Source: Neocallimastix sp. 'constans' (Eukaryota). From it: a stretch of DNA of 64,000 nt. Every line of letters starts with the position of its first letter. Position 1 is the stretch's first letter. Shown piece after piece: positions 23,998-37,515 of this stretch. The position numbers and the translations under genes were made by a program. Under the pieces are notes generated by a model. That model did not search any database, had not been told where the DNA came from, and worked only from the letters and a program-made list of their open reading frames with translations. Location of the stretch: assembly GCA_050613775.1 (NCBI GenBank), contig JBODTK010000139.1:62001-126000 (forward strand), in the 5' to 3' direction.

Positions 23998-24970
23998 TGT
24001 AAAAAATAATAATTATTTACTAATAAATAATTATTATTTCTTAGTCTTTATAATTATTGATAATAATTATAAATTTATTTAAATTATAATTAATTCATAC
24101 ATTGAGATATTATTATCAAATTTATTATAATTGTAATTATTCATACACTTAAATAATATTAGAAAATTTATTTAAATAATTATTATATGTACACTTATTA
24201 ATATTATTAATTTTATTTAGTTATTCATTTAATTATCAAGTTAATGTAAACATTAGTTTTATTTATTTTTACATTGTACATTTAAAAGAACAATTAATAA
24301 GTTTCTGTATTTTTTATAATTCTGTATTCTAGTTTAAAGATAGTTTTATGTTAATAAGTTTAGATTAGATTTTAAAAATAATATTTAGAAAAATAGAATA
24401 ATTTAGATCATTCCGGTTATTATTGTTTTTCCTTTTATTTGATGATCTAAATTAAAATTTAGGAAATCGATATATTAAGGTTTTATCCAAATATAAAATA
24501 ATATATTTGGTTTTACTTAATATATACGATGATCGATATGAATAGAATATCGATCAAAAAACTTATCTAGTTTTTTCTTCTAATCTTTTTCTAGATAAGA
24601 TATTTTTTAAGACTAGAAAACCCTTTTTATTTAACCTTATTTCCATAAAAAAAAATAAATAAGGCTCTTGATTTCCCTTTAAGAAATCAAGAGTTATTAT
24701 TATAAAAATATAGTTATAATAATAGCAATTTTATATTTTAAACTTTAATAAATTAATAAAACATTTTATTCAAAAACATACTTTTTAAAACCAAATTTAT
24801 CCAAATATTCCTTCTTTTACTTTTTGTGTTGTTATTATAATTAATTTTATAATAAACTCTCTTTTTTAGGTAAAATTTTTATTTTTATTTTATTTCTCAA
24901 CTTAATGAATTAGTCATTCAGTTGAAGTTAATAATCATATTTAGTAATAGAACTTAGTATGATTATTACA
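23998..24970 (+). mobile_element. Family C solo LTR
   Basis: TGTAA...ATTACA termini; perfect TSD CATAC (23993-23997 and 24971-24975); structured cassette at ~24400-24693. Confidence 0.88.
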
Positions 24971-24986
24971 CATACAACCAGGGAAT

Positions 24987-25057
24987 CCCTGTTAGGATTA
25001 ATGGTAGAGCGTCGTTCTTGTAAAGCGAAAGTATGTGTTCGATTCCGTCAATAGTCA
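24987..25057 (+). pseudogene. Degenerate tRNA-Thr(UGU)-like sequence
   Basis: 71 nt; D loop AATGGTAGAGC; anticodon arm TCGTT-CTTGTAA-AGCGA; T loop TTCGATT. The T stem and the base of the acceptor stem are mispaired. Confidence 0.6.
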
Positions 25058-25287
25058 ATTTATTTTAATTTTAAATAGTTAAAAATTTTTAAAAACTATA
25101 AAAGTTGGAAAAAAAATTATTTTAAACAATTATAATACTTTGATATATATAAAATAATTTATATAAAACCTGCAAACTCAAATTAGAAGTTTGACGCCCT
25201 ATCCGAATAGACTACAAACGATATTTTTGAAAATTTAATATTGAATTAAATTAAAATATTAAAATTAATTATAAAATTGAACTTAAA

Positions 25288-26509
25288 TGTCACGAATACT
25301 AGTGGATTTGAAGTTAAAATTCACTATTAGATCAATTGAAATTTAATTTAGCTATTGACAAAAATTATTTTAATTCGATTTTAATTATAAAAATAAATAT
25401 TAGAAACATTAAAGAATTAGAATCCAAAGGGTTTGGACTTATTTATTAAAGATAATTTAATTTAATTTAACCCTTAAGAATTTGGAAAAAAATAACATGA
25501 AGAAAAACAACGATAACTCAACAAATAATGGAAATATTATATTGTGATTTCCCGCTAAAATTATATTCATTAGAAAGCTACGGACGAGAACTACAACATA
25601 TGTTAAAATCAACCTTATTGGACAACTAGATAACGAGAAATTGGACTTTAAAGATATTTAAATATAAAAATATAATTTAATTATTTAATTAAGACCCTAA
25701 ATTATTAATTAAGAAATTTATATTAGATAAATCACTTAACTTGGAAATTATATTATTAATTTTTATTATTAATCAAAAATACAGAATTAGTTATTAGTAA
25801 TAGTTTTATAATATTTTAAATAAGTTTATAAGTTTTATATATTTTATTATTATATATTTTTATTCAATTATTTTCTAAAAGATTCTAAGGAATTCTTTAT
25901 TATTCTAAAGATTTCCGAAAGAGAATTTTAATTAGTTTTAATATTTTATATTATTTTATATTTGATTATTAAATTAGTTTTATTATTAAATTGTTTTATG
26001 AATAATTTATATAGTTATTTTATTAAAAGATTCTTATCAATATTATTTTATTATTATATTTTATATAGTTTATATACATGTATGAATATATTAAGATTAA
26101 AATGTATTATTTAATTATATTGTTAATTATTATTTTAGTTTAGTATAAAAAAGATTTGAAATTCCATATTTTGAATTCTTTGTAAAATTATTAACCTTTA
26201 ACCTTTAACCTTTAATAATTTACTTTACTTTAAACTATTAACATAAAGTTAATAAATTAATTATAACAATAAATAATTTTTTGTATTAATCTTAGTTAAA
26301 ATTTATTATTAAAATATATATTAAATAAAGTTCTAATAAAACATAAATCTTAAATATTGAAATCTTAATTATAAAACTTTGTGTGTGTTATTTATTATTT
26401 AAATTTAATTAATTGTTATAATTAATAATAACACCTTGACCTGACCAATTTAACCCAAACTAGGAAAGATATAGCAAGAATCTTACCTATCACCTCAAAA
26501 ACTTTTACA
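25288..26509 (+). mobile_element. Family F solo LTR
   Basis: TGTCAC...TTTACA termini; TSD TTAAA (25283-25287 and 26510-26514); near-identical copy at 37559-38719. Confidence 0.92.
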
Positions 26510-26624
26510 TTAAATGTTGAAATTAAAACTAAATCGAAATATCAATTTCAGTAATTTAAATTTCAATAATTAAAATATTATTTATACATAAGTTATAAGA
26601 AATAACTACTAAATGTATTTTAAT

Positions 26625-26856
26625 CGAAGCTTCTCAAGATGCTAAGAATAAGATAAATCAACTTTCAGGTTATAAAAACGATAATAAAAGAAACACACAT
26701 TCCCGTTCTAATAATAATAACAAAAATAAAAATAATGATAATAATAACTTTAGCAGAAATAATAACTTTTATAATAAATCAAAAAATAACTTCAGTAATA
26801 ACAATAATAATAATAATCATATTACCGAAGTTAAGAAGATTAATTCAAAAAACTAA
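26625..26856 (+). pseudogene. gag: Asn-rich 3' end of gag
   Basis: Reads ...NNNNHITEVKKINSKN* and overlaps the start of the protease frame through a slippery site. Confidence 0.6.
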
Positions 26857-29800
26857 ACAATGGACTTCTTTTGAAGTCCCATCATCCTACCAATGTCATC
26901 CAATATAATTTTCCAACATTAGATCATAACCTACCCAATTCCTTTTTCCTTTTCAATTCCTTTGTACCAATTAAGAATATTAAAAATAAAATTATTAAAA
27001 CTCAAGTTAAATCAATTCTAGATTGTGGGTCCTTTTGTAATTTTATTTCTTCTAATTTTGTTTCAAAGTTAAATTTAAAAACACAAACACTTAAAAAGAA
27101 AGTTCTTATAAAAGGAATAAATGGGGATATTGATTCTATTCTTAAATTTGTACTTTTGAAATTCCAACATAAAATATGTATCAATAATAAATTTTACCTC
27201 ATCCAACGGAAATTAAATTTTCTAGTTACAAATAATATTCCAGTGGATTTACTTTTTGGAATTCATTATATGAAATCATATAAAATTCACTATAATTACG
27301 ATAAAAATTATTTATATTCGACTTTAAATCTTAAAGATTTTAAATCAAAAATCATTAAAACATTCTCGGAAAAGAAAAGTTCATTTAATAATTATTATGG
27401 TGAATTTTTCGATTATCATCTTTTAATTTATTCTTTCCTTTCCCAAAAGGACAATACTAATTCTGAGGAACCTTATTGAAGATATCCCAGAACAATATAG
27501 AGATCTAGCAACTGTCTTTAGTAAGAAGGAAGCTGACAAGTTACCCCCTCATCGCCCAACGGATTGCGAAATTATATTAAAAGAAGGCGCCACTTTACAT
27601 TACGGTCCGATTTATCCGATTACCATTGATGAATCTGAAGTATTACAGGAATATATTAAAGAAAATCGAGAAAAAGGTTTTATTAGGGAATCATGTTCAC
27701 CTGCTGGTTACATTGTTCTATTTCAGAAAAAGAAAGACGGTTCTTTACGTTTATGCGTTGATTATAAAAAGTTAAACGAGGTTACGTTAGAAATTCATAT
27801 CTGTTACCACTTATCAACGATATTATTGATCGTGTTAAGGGAGCAAAATATTTTACAAAATTAGATTTGCGTTCTGCATATAATCTTATTCATATTAAGG
27901 AAGGTGATGAATATAAAACAGCCTTCCGTACTAAATATGGCCATTACGAGTATCTCGTTATGCCTTTTGGATTGAAAAACGCGCCAGCCGTTTTCCAATC
28001 ATTTATTAACTCTGTTCTTCGCCCCTTTTTAGAGAAATCAGTTATTCTCTACCTTGATAATATTTTAATTTATTCCAGCTCCCTCGAAGAACATCATAAA
28101 ACAGTACGTAGTGTTTTAAAAACTCTTTTGGATAGTAATCTATTTGCGAAGTTGTTTAAATGCGAATTTGATAAAGACTAAGTCGAATTCTTAGGACATA
28201 TAATTACTGGTTCCGGTATTTCAACAGATCCTAAGAAAATTAAATCTATAGAAGAATGGCCTGTTCCTAATTGCGTTAAGGATGTTCAACGTTTCATGGG
28301 TCTATGTAATTATTATAGAAGATTTGTGAAGAACTTTGCCGCTATTGCCAAGCCTTTGCACGCTCTTACGAAGAAAGGAAAAAAATTTGTTTGGTCTGCT
28401 GAATGTGACTATGCTTTTTCAATCTTGAAAAAGAGATTAACCAGCTCTTCTATCCTATTACATCCTGATACTACTAAACCTTTCATAGTAGAATGTGATG
28501 CCAGTAGTTTTGCTATTGGTGCAGTTCTTTCTCAATATGATAATGAAAACCGATTACATCCTGTAGCTTATTTTTCTAGAAGTCTTAACAACGCTGAGTT
28601 AAATTATTCTATCACCGACAAGGAACTTCTAGCTATTAAGGATGCTTTCTCTACCTGGCGTCATCTCTTATTGGGTGCTAAGTTCGAAATCAAAGTCTTC
28701 ACCGACCATAAGAATCTTCTATACACTCTTGGAGGAAAGATAGGTAATCAAAGACAACATCTTTGGCATCTATTCTTCCAGGAGTACGACTTTGAACTCA
28801 GCTATCGCCAAGGATGCAAAAATGGTAAGCCTGATTCACTATCACGTAGACCCGATTATGAAAATGAAGATATTGAAGATACCCATGAATTTATTTTAGA
28901 TAGCAAAAATATTAAAGAAATAACTTGCTTAATTAGCATTGCTAGTGACCTTCTTAATTCTATAATTGAAAACTTAAAGGATGATAAACTCGCAGATGAC
29001 CTTCGTATCTACTTCTCTCCCAATAACGTATCTCAAAATTACCCTTATAAACCTTTCAGGAAAATGAATAAGTTTAAGATTGAAAATAACTTAATATTAT
29101 ATAATAACTTGATTTATATTCCTGAAAAGCTTCGTTTAGACATCCTCACTCGCTACCATAACAAACCTGCTGCTGGACATTTGGGTGTAAGAAGATCTTT
29201 GGAATTGATCTCCCGTAATTTCTGGTGGCCAAAAATGGAAGAAGATGTTAAAAGTTTCATTCAATCATGTGAAACTTGTATGAGAAATAAGAAGTCCAGA
29301 CACCGTCAATATGGGTTACGACAACCACTCGAAATCCCTGAACGACATTGGAAATCGATTGAGATTGAATTTCTTTGTAACCTTCCCCCATCTAAAGGTT
29401 ACACTGTTATCATGGTAGTAGTTGATCGTTTTTCGAAAATGATACACCTCATGCCCTTTAAAGACATTCCTAATTCCTCTCAGTCAGCTAAAGCTTTTAT
29501 TAACAATATCTATAGGCTTCATGGTTTGCCTTATGATATTATCACTGATAGAGGTACTCAATTTACTAGCTCCCTTTGGCAAGAGTTCTTACGTTTATTA
29601 GGAATAAAGTCTAAGATCGCAACTACTGACCACCATCAAACAGTCGGACAAGTCGAACGCTGTAACTCATATATTGAACAGTACCTCCGCTGTTTCTCAA
29701 GATCTTTTTATCATGATGATTGGATTGACTTCTTACCCCTCGCCGAATTTGCCTACAATAATTCTGTTCATCCTTCCACTAATGAATCACCATTTTTCAT

Positions 29801-30422
29801 CAATTATGGTTTTCACCCATATATGGATGAGTATTCACTACTTCCAATTTCCAACACTAACCATAAAACAATTCAGAAAGTAGCCGAAGGATTCAACCAC
29901 ATTAAAGAGGTCCTTCTCCTGTCCCAAGAATTATAAAAGTGCGCTGCCGACAAGAAGAGAATGAACGCTCCCTCTTATGAAATTGATGATCTTGTTTGGA
30001 TCCAAGCTCCTCCTTCTTTGAACCTCGAATCCAGCTCAAAACTCGCACCTTGCAAATATGGTCCTTATAAGATTACCAATGTGCTTCATAATAATAATTA
30101 TGAAATTGACTTAAAAAATTCTCCATTCCCAAAACACCATAATGTATTCCATGTTTCAGAATTAGAACCTTTTATCCCTGTACCTGAGAAGTTTGAAAAT
30201 AGATCAAGTGATCCCGAATCTATTAAAGATATAATTGAAATTGCAGATTTCCGTACTAATTATAAGAAAAAACAATACGAGTATAAAGTACGTTATAAAT
30301 ATCGTACTTCTTATAATTGGGTACCTTCTTCTGAAGTTGAAGGCTATCTAAGAAATCAAAAAATATTCCTTAAATATATTCTAAATAACAGAAGACCCAT
30401 TTCTATCCCATATAATTATTAA
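26853..30422 (+). pseudogene. pol: Ty3/gypsy pol (protease, RT, RNase H, integrase, divergent chromodomain) with 3 stops and a frameshift
   Basis: ILDCGS protease motif, LPPHRP, YLDN (YXDD mutated), ECDASSFAIGAVL, HHCC, TDRGTQFTS, KYGPYK and QYEYKVRY..NWVP. Stops at 27477, 28179 and 29934; frameshift near 27790. Confidence 0.95.
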
Positions 30423-30924
30423 ATAATTATTATAATATTTATATTATATATATCAATAATTATTTTTCTTTATATTTCAAATATTATATATTTAATTATT
30501 TTATTAATTTTATTAATAATTTGATATAAATTATTTATTTTTTAATTTTTTTTATTTTATTTTTATTAATTTTCATATAAAATATTTTATAATGAATTTT
30601 TATAATTTTCCTTTAATAATTTTATTATTAAAATTTTTATTAATAATTATTAATAATTTATTATATAAATTTGATTTCCAAAATGTAAAAATTTTAACTT
30701 TTAAAATTTTTTTTTATTTTCTACTATATATTATTTTAAATTATTATATTTATTTATATTTTATACTTTATTTATATTTTTACTTTAATTATATTTAACA
30801 TTTTTTAATTTCAAATATTTTTGATATTTTCACATGGCCAATTGAACTTTCGTTCAAGTGAAATTTCAAAAATAACTTTATTTCCTTGAATTTCGTCTGG
30901 AATACGAATTCTTGGGGAGGACAT

Positions 30925-31442
30925 TGTAAAGGATATAACTCGATGAGCTATATAAGCCTCATTATCATAACAAATTAATCATTATTTAGTATGATTATAC
31001 GCCTCAAAATCCTTTTACAATATAAATATATATTATTTATTATTATTAAATAATAATAATAATAATAAAATTGTTGAATAGAATTTATACTTTTTAAAGT
31101 ATAATTAATTGTTTATTTTTTATTTATTATTATCTAACTTTTTAAACGATTGTTTATTATTTTATTTATTATTATATAACTTTTTAATTGTTTATCTTTT
31201 ATATATAAAAGAATAGTGAATTAAATGTTTTAAATAATCTTCGTAAGATTATTAATATTTTAATAATCTGATAACTTCATTCATTAAAAAATATTATTAA
31301 ATAAAATCAAATAAAATAATAAAATAAAAATATAATAAAATTCTATAATAATACTGATAAAATAAAATTTAATTATCATAAGGAAGTTATTAGTTTATAG
31401 CATTCCAACCAAGTTATATCAAAACCAAATATAATCTTAACA
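30925..31442 (+). mobile_element. 3' LTR of the 26625-30422 element, inserted into a family E LTR
   Basis: Purine tract GGGGAGGA then TGTAAAG...CTTAACA; immediately followed by internal family E sequence (TTCTAATACATTATGTG). Confidence 0.8.
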
Positions 31443-32200
31443 TTCTAATACATTATGTGTACATTATTATTTTTGTACTTTAATAAATTTTTAAATCCAA
31501 AGATCAAAAATTAAATCAAAAATTATATTAAACTTTATATTTTTATATTAAATCTTATATTAATAGTAATATTTTTATATATTTAAAACTTATATTAACA
31601 ATATTAATAATAAATCTTATTTTTTTTATTTTTATGTTAATAATGAAAATTTGTATTAATAATATTTTTATATATTGATAATTAAAAATTTATATATTAT
31701 ATTTTAACTTTTATTATAAAATTTTATATCGAAATGTTTTATTTTATATTGAAAAATATTTTATTTTATTAAAAACCTTTATATTAGAATATATTTTTAT
31801 TTTTATTTGAATATTTTAACAGATTGTAATAAAAATTATAGCCAATTAAATAAGTTCTTATTAGTAATATTTTAGATAGATTATTAAAAAAAAAAAAAAA
31901 AAAAAAAAAGTTTTATTAATATTATAAATGTATTTTATTTATATTGTTATAATTAAATTTTATATAATTGATTATAAAATTCAATTTAAATTTAATAGTT
32001 TTTATAAAAAAAATAAATAAAATGTAGTTTAGTGGCAATAATAACTTTTATGCCTTGAAAAAAGTATAAATAGTTTTAAATTTTGCTACCAATTTTTAAA
32101 AATCATCAAATAAATTTAATAAAATTAATAAATAAAATAATAAACAAATAAATAAAATTTGTGTTTCTTTATTTTTATTTAATTCTCTAAAACCTTAACA
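31443..32200 (+). mobile_element. Family E LTR lacking its first ~50 bp
   Basis: Reverse complement of 20529-21305; ends AACCTTAACA. Confidence 0.85.
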
Positions 32201-32748
32201 GTGCATTGTAAGAATCTATAATTATTTTTAAATAAAATAATTATATTTTCTTAGTTAAGTTATAATTATAACTTTATTTAATTATATAATATTTATTCAT
32301 TTAAATATTATTAATAACTTATTAAACTCAATATTAAATAATTATTAATTTAATACAACAAATTTATTTAATTAATTATTATTTATTTATTTATAAATAA
32401 TTATAGTTTATTTAATTATACATTTAATTATTAAATTTATTAGTCTTAGTTTATTTATTTAATTAAATTGTAAACAAATATATTATGTATTCTAATATGT
32501 ACTTAATAATGTATTCTGTATTTTGTTTATTAATATCATTATTATTGTAACAAATCTTAATGTTACTTAAGATTGTTTTAAGGTTTTTTTCACACAAAAG
32601 GTTCTCGACACTAAAGTAATTCAAAATATGTTTTATTAAAATAAGTTTTTTTATTAGAAAAAATATAAATTATTATTTTATTAATTAATTATTGTAATAT
32701 TTTAAATAACTTCAAATTAAGATAATAGAATCATTCATCAAAATCTTT

Positions 32749-33305
32749 TGTAACAGATACATGGTAACTTCAAGCCTATCCAATGATAGTTCTTTGGTTA
32801 CGTAACTTATCTCTAAACAGCTAGCAATTTCGGCTAATCAAATAAAATCTTTTATTGATTTCGTACATTAAATTTTATTATTTTTATAATTAATTATATA
32901 GTTAAATGCTTAGTAAAATATATTTTTATTAGTGATTAGTAAACTAAGATAAATTAAATTATTTACCAATCATAATTTTATTAACATGTATAAATAATAA
33001 TTGAACTTGTAACTGTAACGCACTAGCGTTACTATTAACGTAAATTGTTAGTATAAATATTAATATTAATAAATAAAATATAATTATTAAATAAAATAAA
33101 TTACTCAGTGTAAGCCCAATAACTAATAACAAATAGAATTATAAAGTGCTGCGCTATATTCTAGTGTAATAGGAATAAATAATTATAATTATAATTAATT
33201 TAGTGTTTATTATTAACAACTCGAATAGAGAGGTGTTAAGTTATCTTAGCCTTTAGATTTAACTGTTATTCGTTATTTTAGTTAATAATAAACTTACCTT
33301 TTACA
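32749..33305 (+). mobile_element. Family A solo LTR (uninterrupted reference copy)
   Basis: TGTAACAGATACATGG...CTTACCTTTTACA; no matching TSD. Confidence 0.88.
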
Positions 33306-35096
33306 TAAAGAATTATAATTATTTTTCAAAATAATTATTATTCTTTATTAAAAAATTAATATTTAAAGTTTATTATTTTATAAAATTTTATGAATAATTT
33401 TATTAATTATGTCACATAGTAATTATTAATGAATGTTATTGTTTTAAAATTTATTTACATTAAATTAAATTATCAATAATTAATATATTAAATTATCATA
33501 ATGTATTATTGTATTAAAATAATGATAAATTTTATTTAATTAAAGAAAATTAAATTATATTAAAATATTAATTTTATTTAATCAAGAAATAATTAAATTA
33601 TATTATTTCTTGGACTTTTAATTAAGAAAATTAAAAGAATTAATTATTTAATTATACTTGTGATTAAATATTAATAAAATTAATATATAATTAGTTAATA
33701 AGTTTTCTCCCTTATTCGGGTTTTCTTATTAACTAAAGATTGATGTAATTAAACACCAATCGAGATCTATCTAGTTTTTTCTTCTAATCTTTTTCTAGAT
33801 AGAGATAATTTTCCAAGATTAGAAATCAAATTAATATAAATAGGACTCTTGATTCTTATAAAAATAATCAAAAGTTATTATTATAAGAAATTATAATAAT
33901 TAACACAAATATTTTAAAATTACTTTTAATAAAAAAATTTTTATAATAAAATAATTTCTAAAATACTCTTAACCTACTTTTAGTGTTGTTTATTATAATC
34001 TTATAATAAACTCTAAGTTTTTAAATTCTCGTTTTCAAATTTTTATATTATATTTTTTTTAATTTTATTTCAATTAATAATATTTTTTATTATTAATTGT
34101 AGAAAGAATTAATTATTAATATAATTAAATATTTTTAATTAATTCTTTACATTATGATAAAGAATGAACAAATAATCTTATTATTTTAGTTAGAATTGTA
34201 TTTTCTTACCTAACCACTCAAATAAATTATTTTATTCTTCAATACTTTGGAACTTTCCTATATTCTATGATTAAATTTTATTATTAATATTTTATTATTA
34301 AATTTTTATATATTATTAATATCAAATTAAAGATGAAAAATTATTATTAATATTCAATTATTTTATTAGTATCAATATATTATCAATATCACTTTATTAT
34401 TAATATTAATTATATAGTTATATCAATATTATTAATATTTTATATTTTCTAAAATATATTATTTATTATAATTTCTAAAAATCAATTCAATTAATTACTA
34501 AATTTTATATTGATAATTTAACATATTTTTTTTTGGTAATTTTTAATTACTAAAAACTTACTAAACCACACTTAAAAATTCTGTATAAATTTTATATTTT
34601 TCTTTTATATATATTATTAATTTTAAATAATAATAAATATTTTATAATTAAATAATATATAACTATTATTTATTAGAAATAAATAATAATTATATTAATA
34701 ATTTAAAATCAATTTAAAACATTATTTTAGTAATTAGTTAGAAATATTTAGAAAATATTTTAGATAGGCTTAACAAAGTTTAAATGTAAAAAAAAATATA
34801 AACACATGTAATTCTAAAATAACTTTTTAAGAAGATAGTAATTAATAAAACATTTTTTTTTATTTTTTAATTTGAAATAATTTTAATAAAAATTATATAA
34901 AACAAATATTTATTTATTTAATTCATTGAAGTGTTAAAATATTATAATCCAAAAATTGTTACGAACCGTAACAGTTATGAGTTTCGTTACAATTATGTTA
35001 TTTTCCTTATTTGTAAATTTATGATTTTAAGGTCGAAATATCTTTTATTATTTTATTCTTTAATTTTCGATCAATTAAATTAGATTAGCTAATCGG

Positions 35097-35245
35097 TCAA
35101 TTAGGGTTTTTCCCAATCACTTTTTAAAAGTAATTGGTTTTACCTAATTGATACGCTGATCGATATGGATAGAATATCGATCAAAAATCTTATCTAGGTT
35201 TTTCTCTCTAATCTTTTCCTAGATAAGAGATTTGTTAAGATTAGA
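35097..35245 (+). ncRNA. Structured cis-RNA cassette in the family C LTR: ENE-like U-rich internal loop, hairpin and H-type pseudoknot
   Basis: Stems are kept through different sequences in six copies (near 18930-19060, 21715-21865, 24471-24617, 33691-33825, 35097-35245 and 35979-36126); function not shown. Confidence 0.7.
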
Positions 35246-35620
35246 AAACATTTTATAATTTAACCTTATTTTTCAAAAAAGTATAAATAAGGCTCTTGAA
35301 TTCTCTTTGAGAAATCAAGAGTTATTATTATAACAATTATAATATAGTAATAACATTAATAAATTTTTTATATTTCTATTTTAATAAAGTAAGTTTTAAT
35401 AAAAACATATTTAAAAAATAAAATAAAATAATCTTTTCTCTTTGACAATTTTGTGATATTAGTTTATTATAATTAGTTATTATAAACTCTTTCTTATAGA
35501 AGATAAGTATATTTATCTTTTTTTTTTTTCTCAATTTAATAATAATTATTATTTAGTTATTATTAAGTTGTAGTTAATAATTTAATTCTAATTAATTTTA
35601 TAATTAAATTATTACATGCA

Positions 35621-36636
35621 TGTAATAATTTAATTAAAAAATTATAATTAAATTATTAATCATTAATATTAGCTCTAACTGCTAATATTAAAGGTTTAGA
35701 AAAGAATCATACTTACCTATGGTTCTTTCTAATTATCGAGTTTATTATAACGAATTATAATAGACGAAACACTAAAATTGATAAAGAAAAGTTTTAATTA
35801 TAAAATTTGTTTTATTAAAATAATTTGTTATATTATTTATTAGAAATTTTAAATGTTAAAACTATTGTTATTATTATTATATTATAATTTTTATAATAAT
35901 AACTCTTGATTTCTCAAAGAGAACTAAAGAGCTTTATTTATACTTTTTTGTCAAAATAAGGTTAAAATCAAAAGGGGTTCTAATCTTAACAAATCTCTTA
36001 TCTAGGAAAAGACTAGAAGAAAAACCTAGATAAGTTTTTTGATCGATATTCTATCCATATCGATCATCGCGTTAATTAAGTATAACCGATTACTTTTAAG
36101 AAATAATTGGAAAAACCTTAATTAACCGATTACTTAATCTAATATAATGATCGAAAATAAAAAAATAAAATAATGAAAATTATTTCAATCATAAAATTTA
36201 AAATTTAATCTATTTAGTTCTATTTTATAGAACTTTACATAAAAATATAAAACAATACATTAATAATAAAATACATGATTAATACAATACAGAATACATG
36301 ATAGAATACAGAATACATGATAGAATACAGAATACATGATAAAATACAGAATAGTGTTTTAGTTTATGATTTAATAAGTGAGAGAAAACTAAAACTAATA
36401 AATTTAATAATTAAGTGAATAATTAAATAAATTTAATATTATTTTAAATGTATAAAAATTATTTAATTAAATAAATTTTTAATATTAAACTAAATAAAAT
36501 TTTAATATATAATTAAATAAATTATTAATTATAATTAAGTGTATAAATGAAATATGAGTTAAATAAAAGTTATATTAATTATAACCTAACTAAGAAAATA
36601 TAATTATTTTGTTAAAAACAATTATAGATTCTTACA
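35621..36636 (-). mobile_element. Family C solo LTR
   Basis: TGTAATAATT...GATTCTTACA; TSD GTGCA is recovered once the 32207-35616 insertion is removed; cassette at ~35903-36200. Confidence 0.85.
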
Positions 36637-36653
36637 GTGCAACAGATACATGG

Positions 36654-37515
36654 TGTAAAATAAACTAATAGCTTAGGTCGGTGTGGACAGACTATTTTTT
36701 ATTTTACACAATTTTATTATATTAACACTATAATTAATAACTAAAATACTAAAACTAAAAACTAATTTAATTTTTTGTTTTATAAAAATTCCTTTATTAA
36801 TATTTCTTATTTATCAAATTTATCTATACTATAAATCAACAATCACTTAACTGGGTACCGTAGGATCCTTTACCGGAAAGCCTACTAGCAGTTAAGATTT
36901 TTAAATAAAATTTAAAATAAAATTGTTTTATAAAAAATAACTATTCTAATAATAGTTATAATACTAAATAATAAAATATAAAATTTATAATAGTTATACT
37001 ATACTATACTATACTATACTATTTTTCTATACTATTCTATACTATACTATTTTCCAACTATCGTTCAATAGTTGAAAATTAACTTTTTTTATACTTTTTG
37101 AAAATTAAAATTTAAATTGAATAAATTGTAATAAACTAACTAAAATATTATTATATATTTGTAATTACATTTAATAATAAATTACATGAAATTTTATGAA
37201 TTATTTTAATATAAAAACTATTTAAAACTATCTAATATTTCTAAAATAAATAAACAAAACGGCAAGTTTTTGTAAACAAACGAAAAAGGCAATTTTTCTT
37301 TGATTATTTTAATTTAACTAATTTATGACTAATTATTTTTAATTTACAAAGTTTCATGATTCAAAGTGAGTAATAATGATGTAAATTCTCCAAATAATTT
37401 AGTCATAAATTTTTAAGAAAATTATTTAAATTAATAATTTGGAAAACATTTTTATCCACAATAATTTACATTACATTACATTTAAATACGTATTCAAATT
37501 ATTAAATATTTTACA
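36654..37515. mobile_element. Family D solo LTR
   Basis: TSD CATGG (36649-36653 and 37516-37520); inverted copy of 17740-18608. Confidence 0.92.

Larger units (their letters stand above)
32207..35616 (+). mobile_element. Family C LTR unit expanded by nested A, C-like and E-like LTRs
   Basis: TGTAAGAATC...ATTATTACA with perfect TSD TGCAT (32202-32206 and 35617-35621); structured cassettes at ~33691-33875 and ~35030-35321. Confidence 0.7.

Noticed and set aside
30938..30970. Hammerhead ribozyme (retrozyme-like) at the LTR start, CTCGATGAG..CTCAT
   Set aside because: The core is not CUGANGA and no GAAA follows the stem; no complete hammerhead core was found by eye elsewhere.
35188..35245. Telomerase RNA gene
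   Set aside because: The similarity is limited to pseudoknot layout; the motif is multicopy inside TSD-flanked LTRs and no template region is evident.
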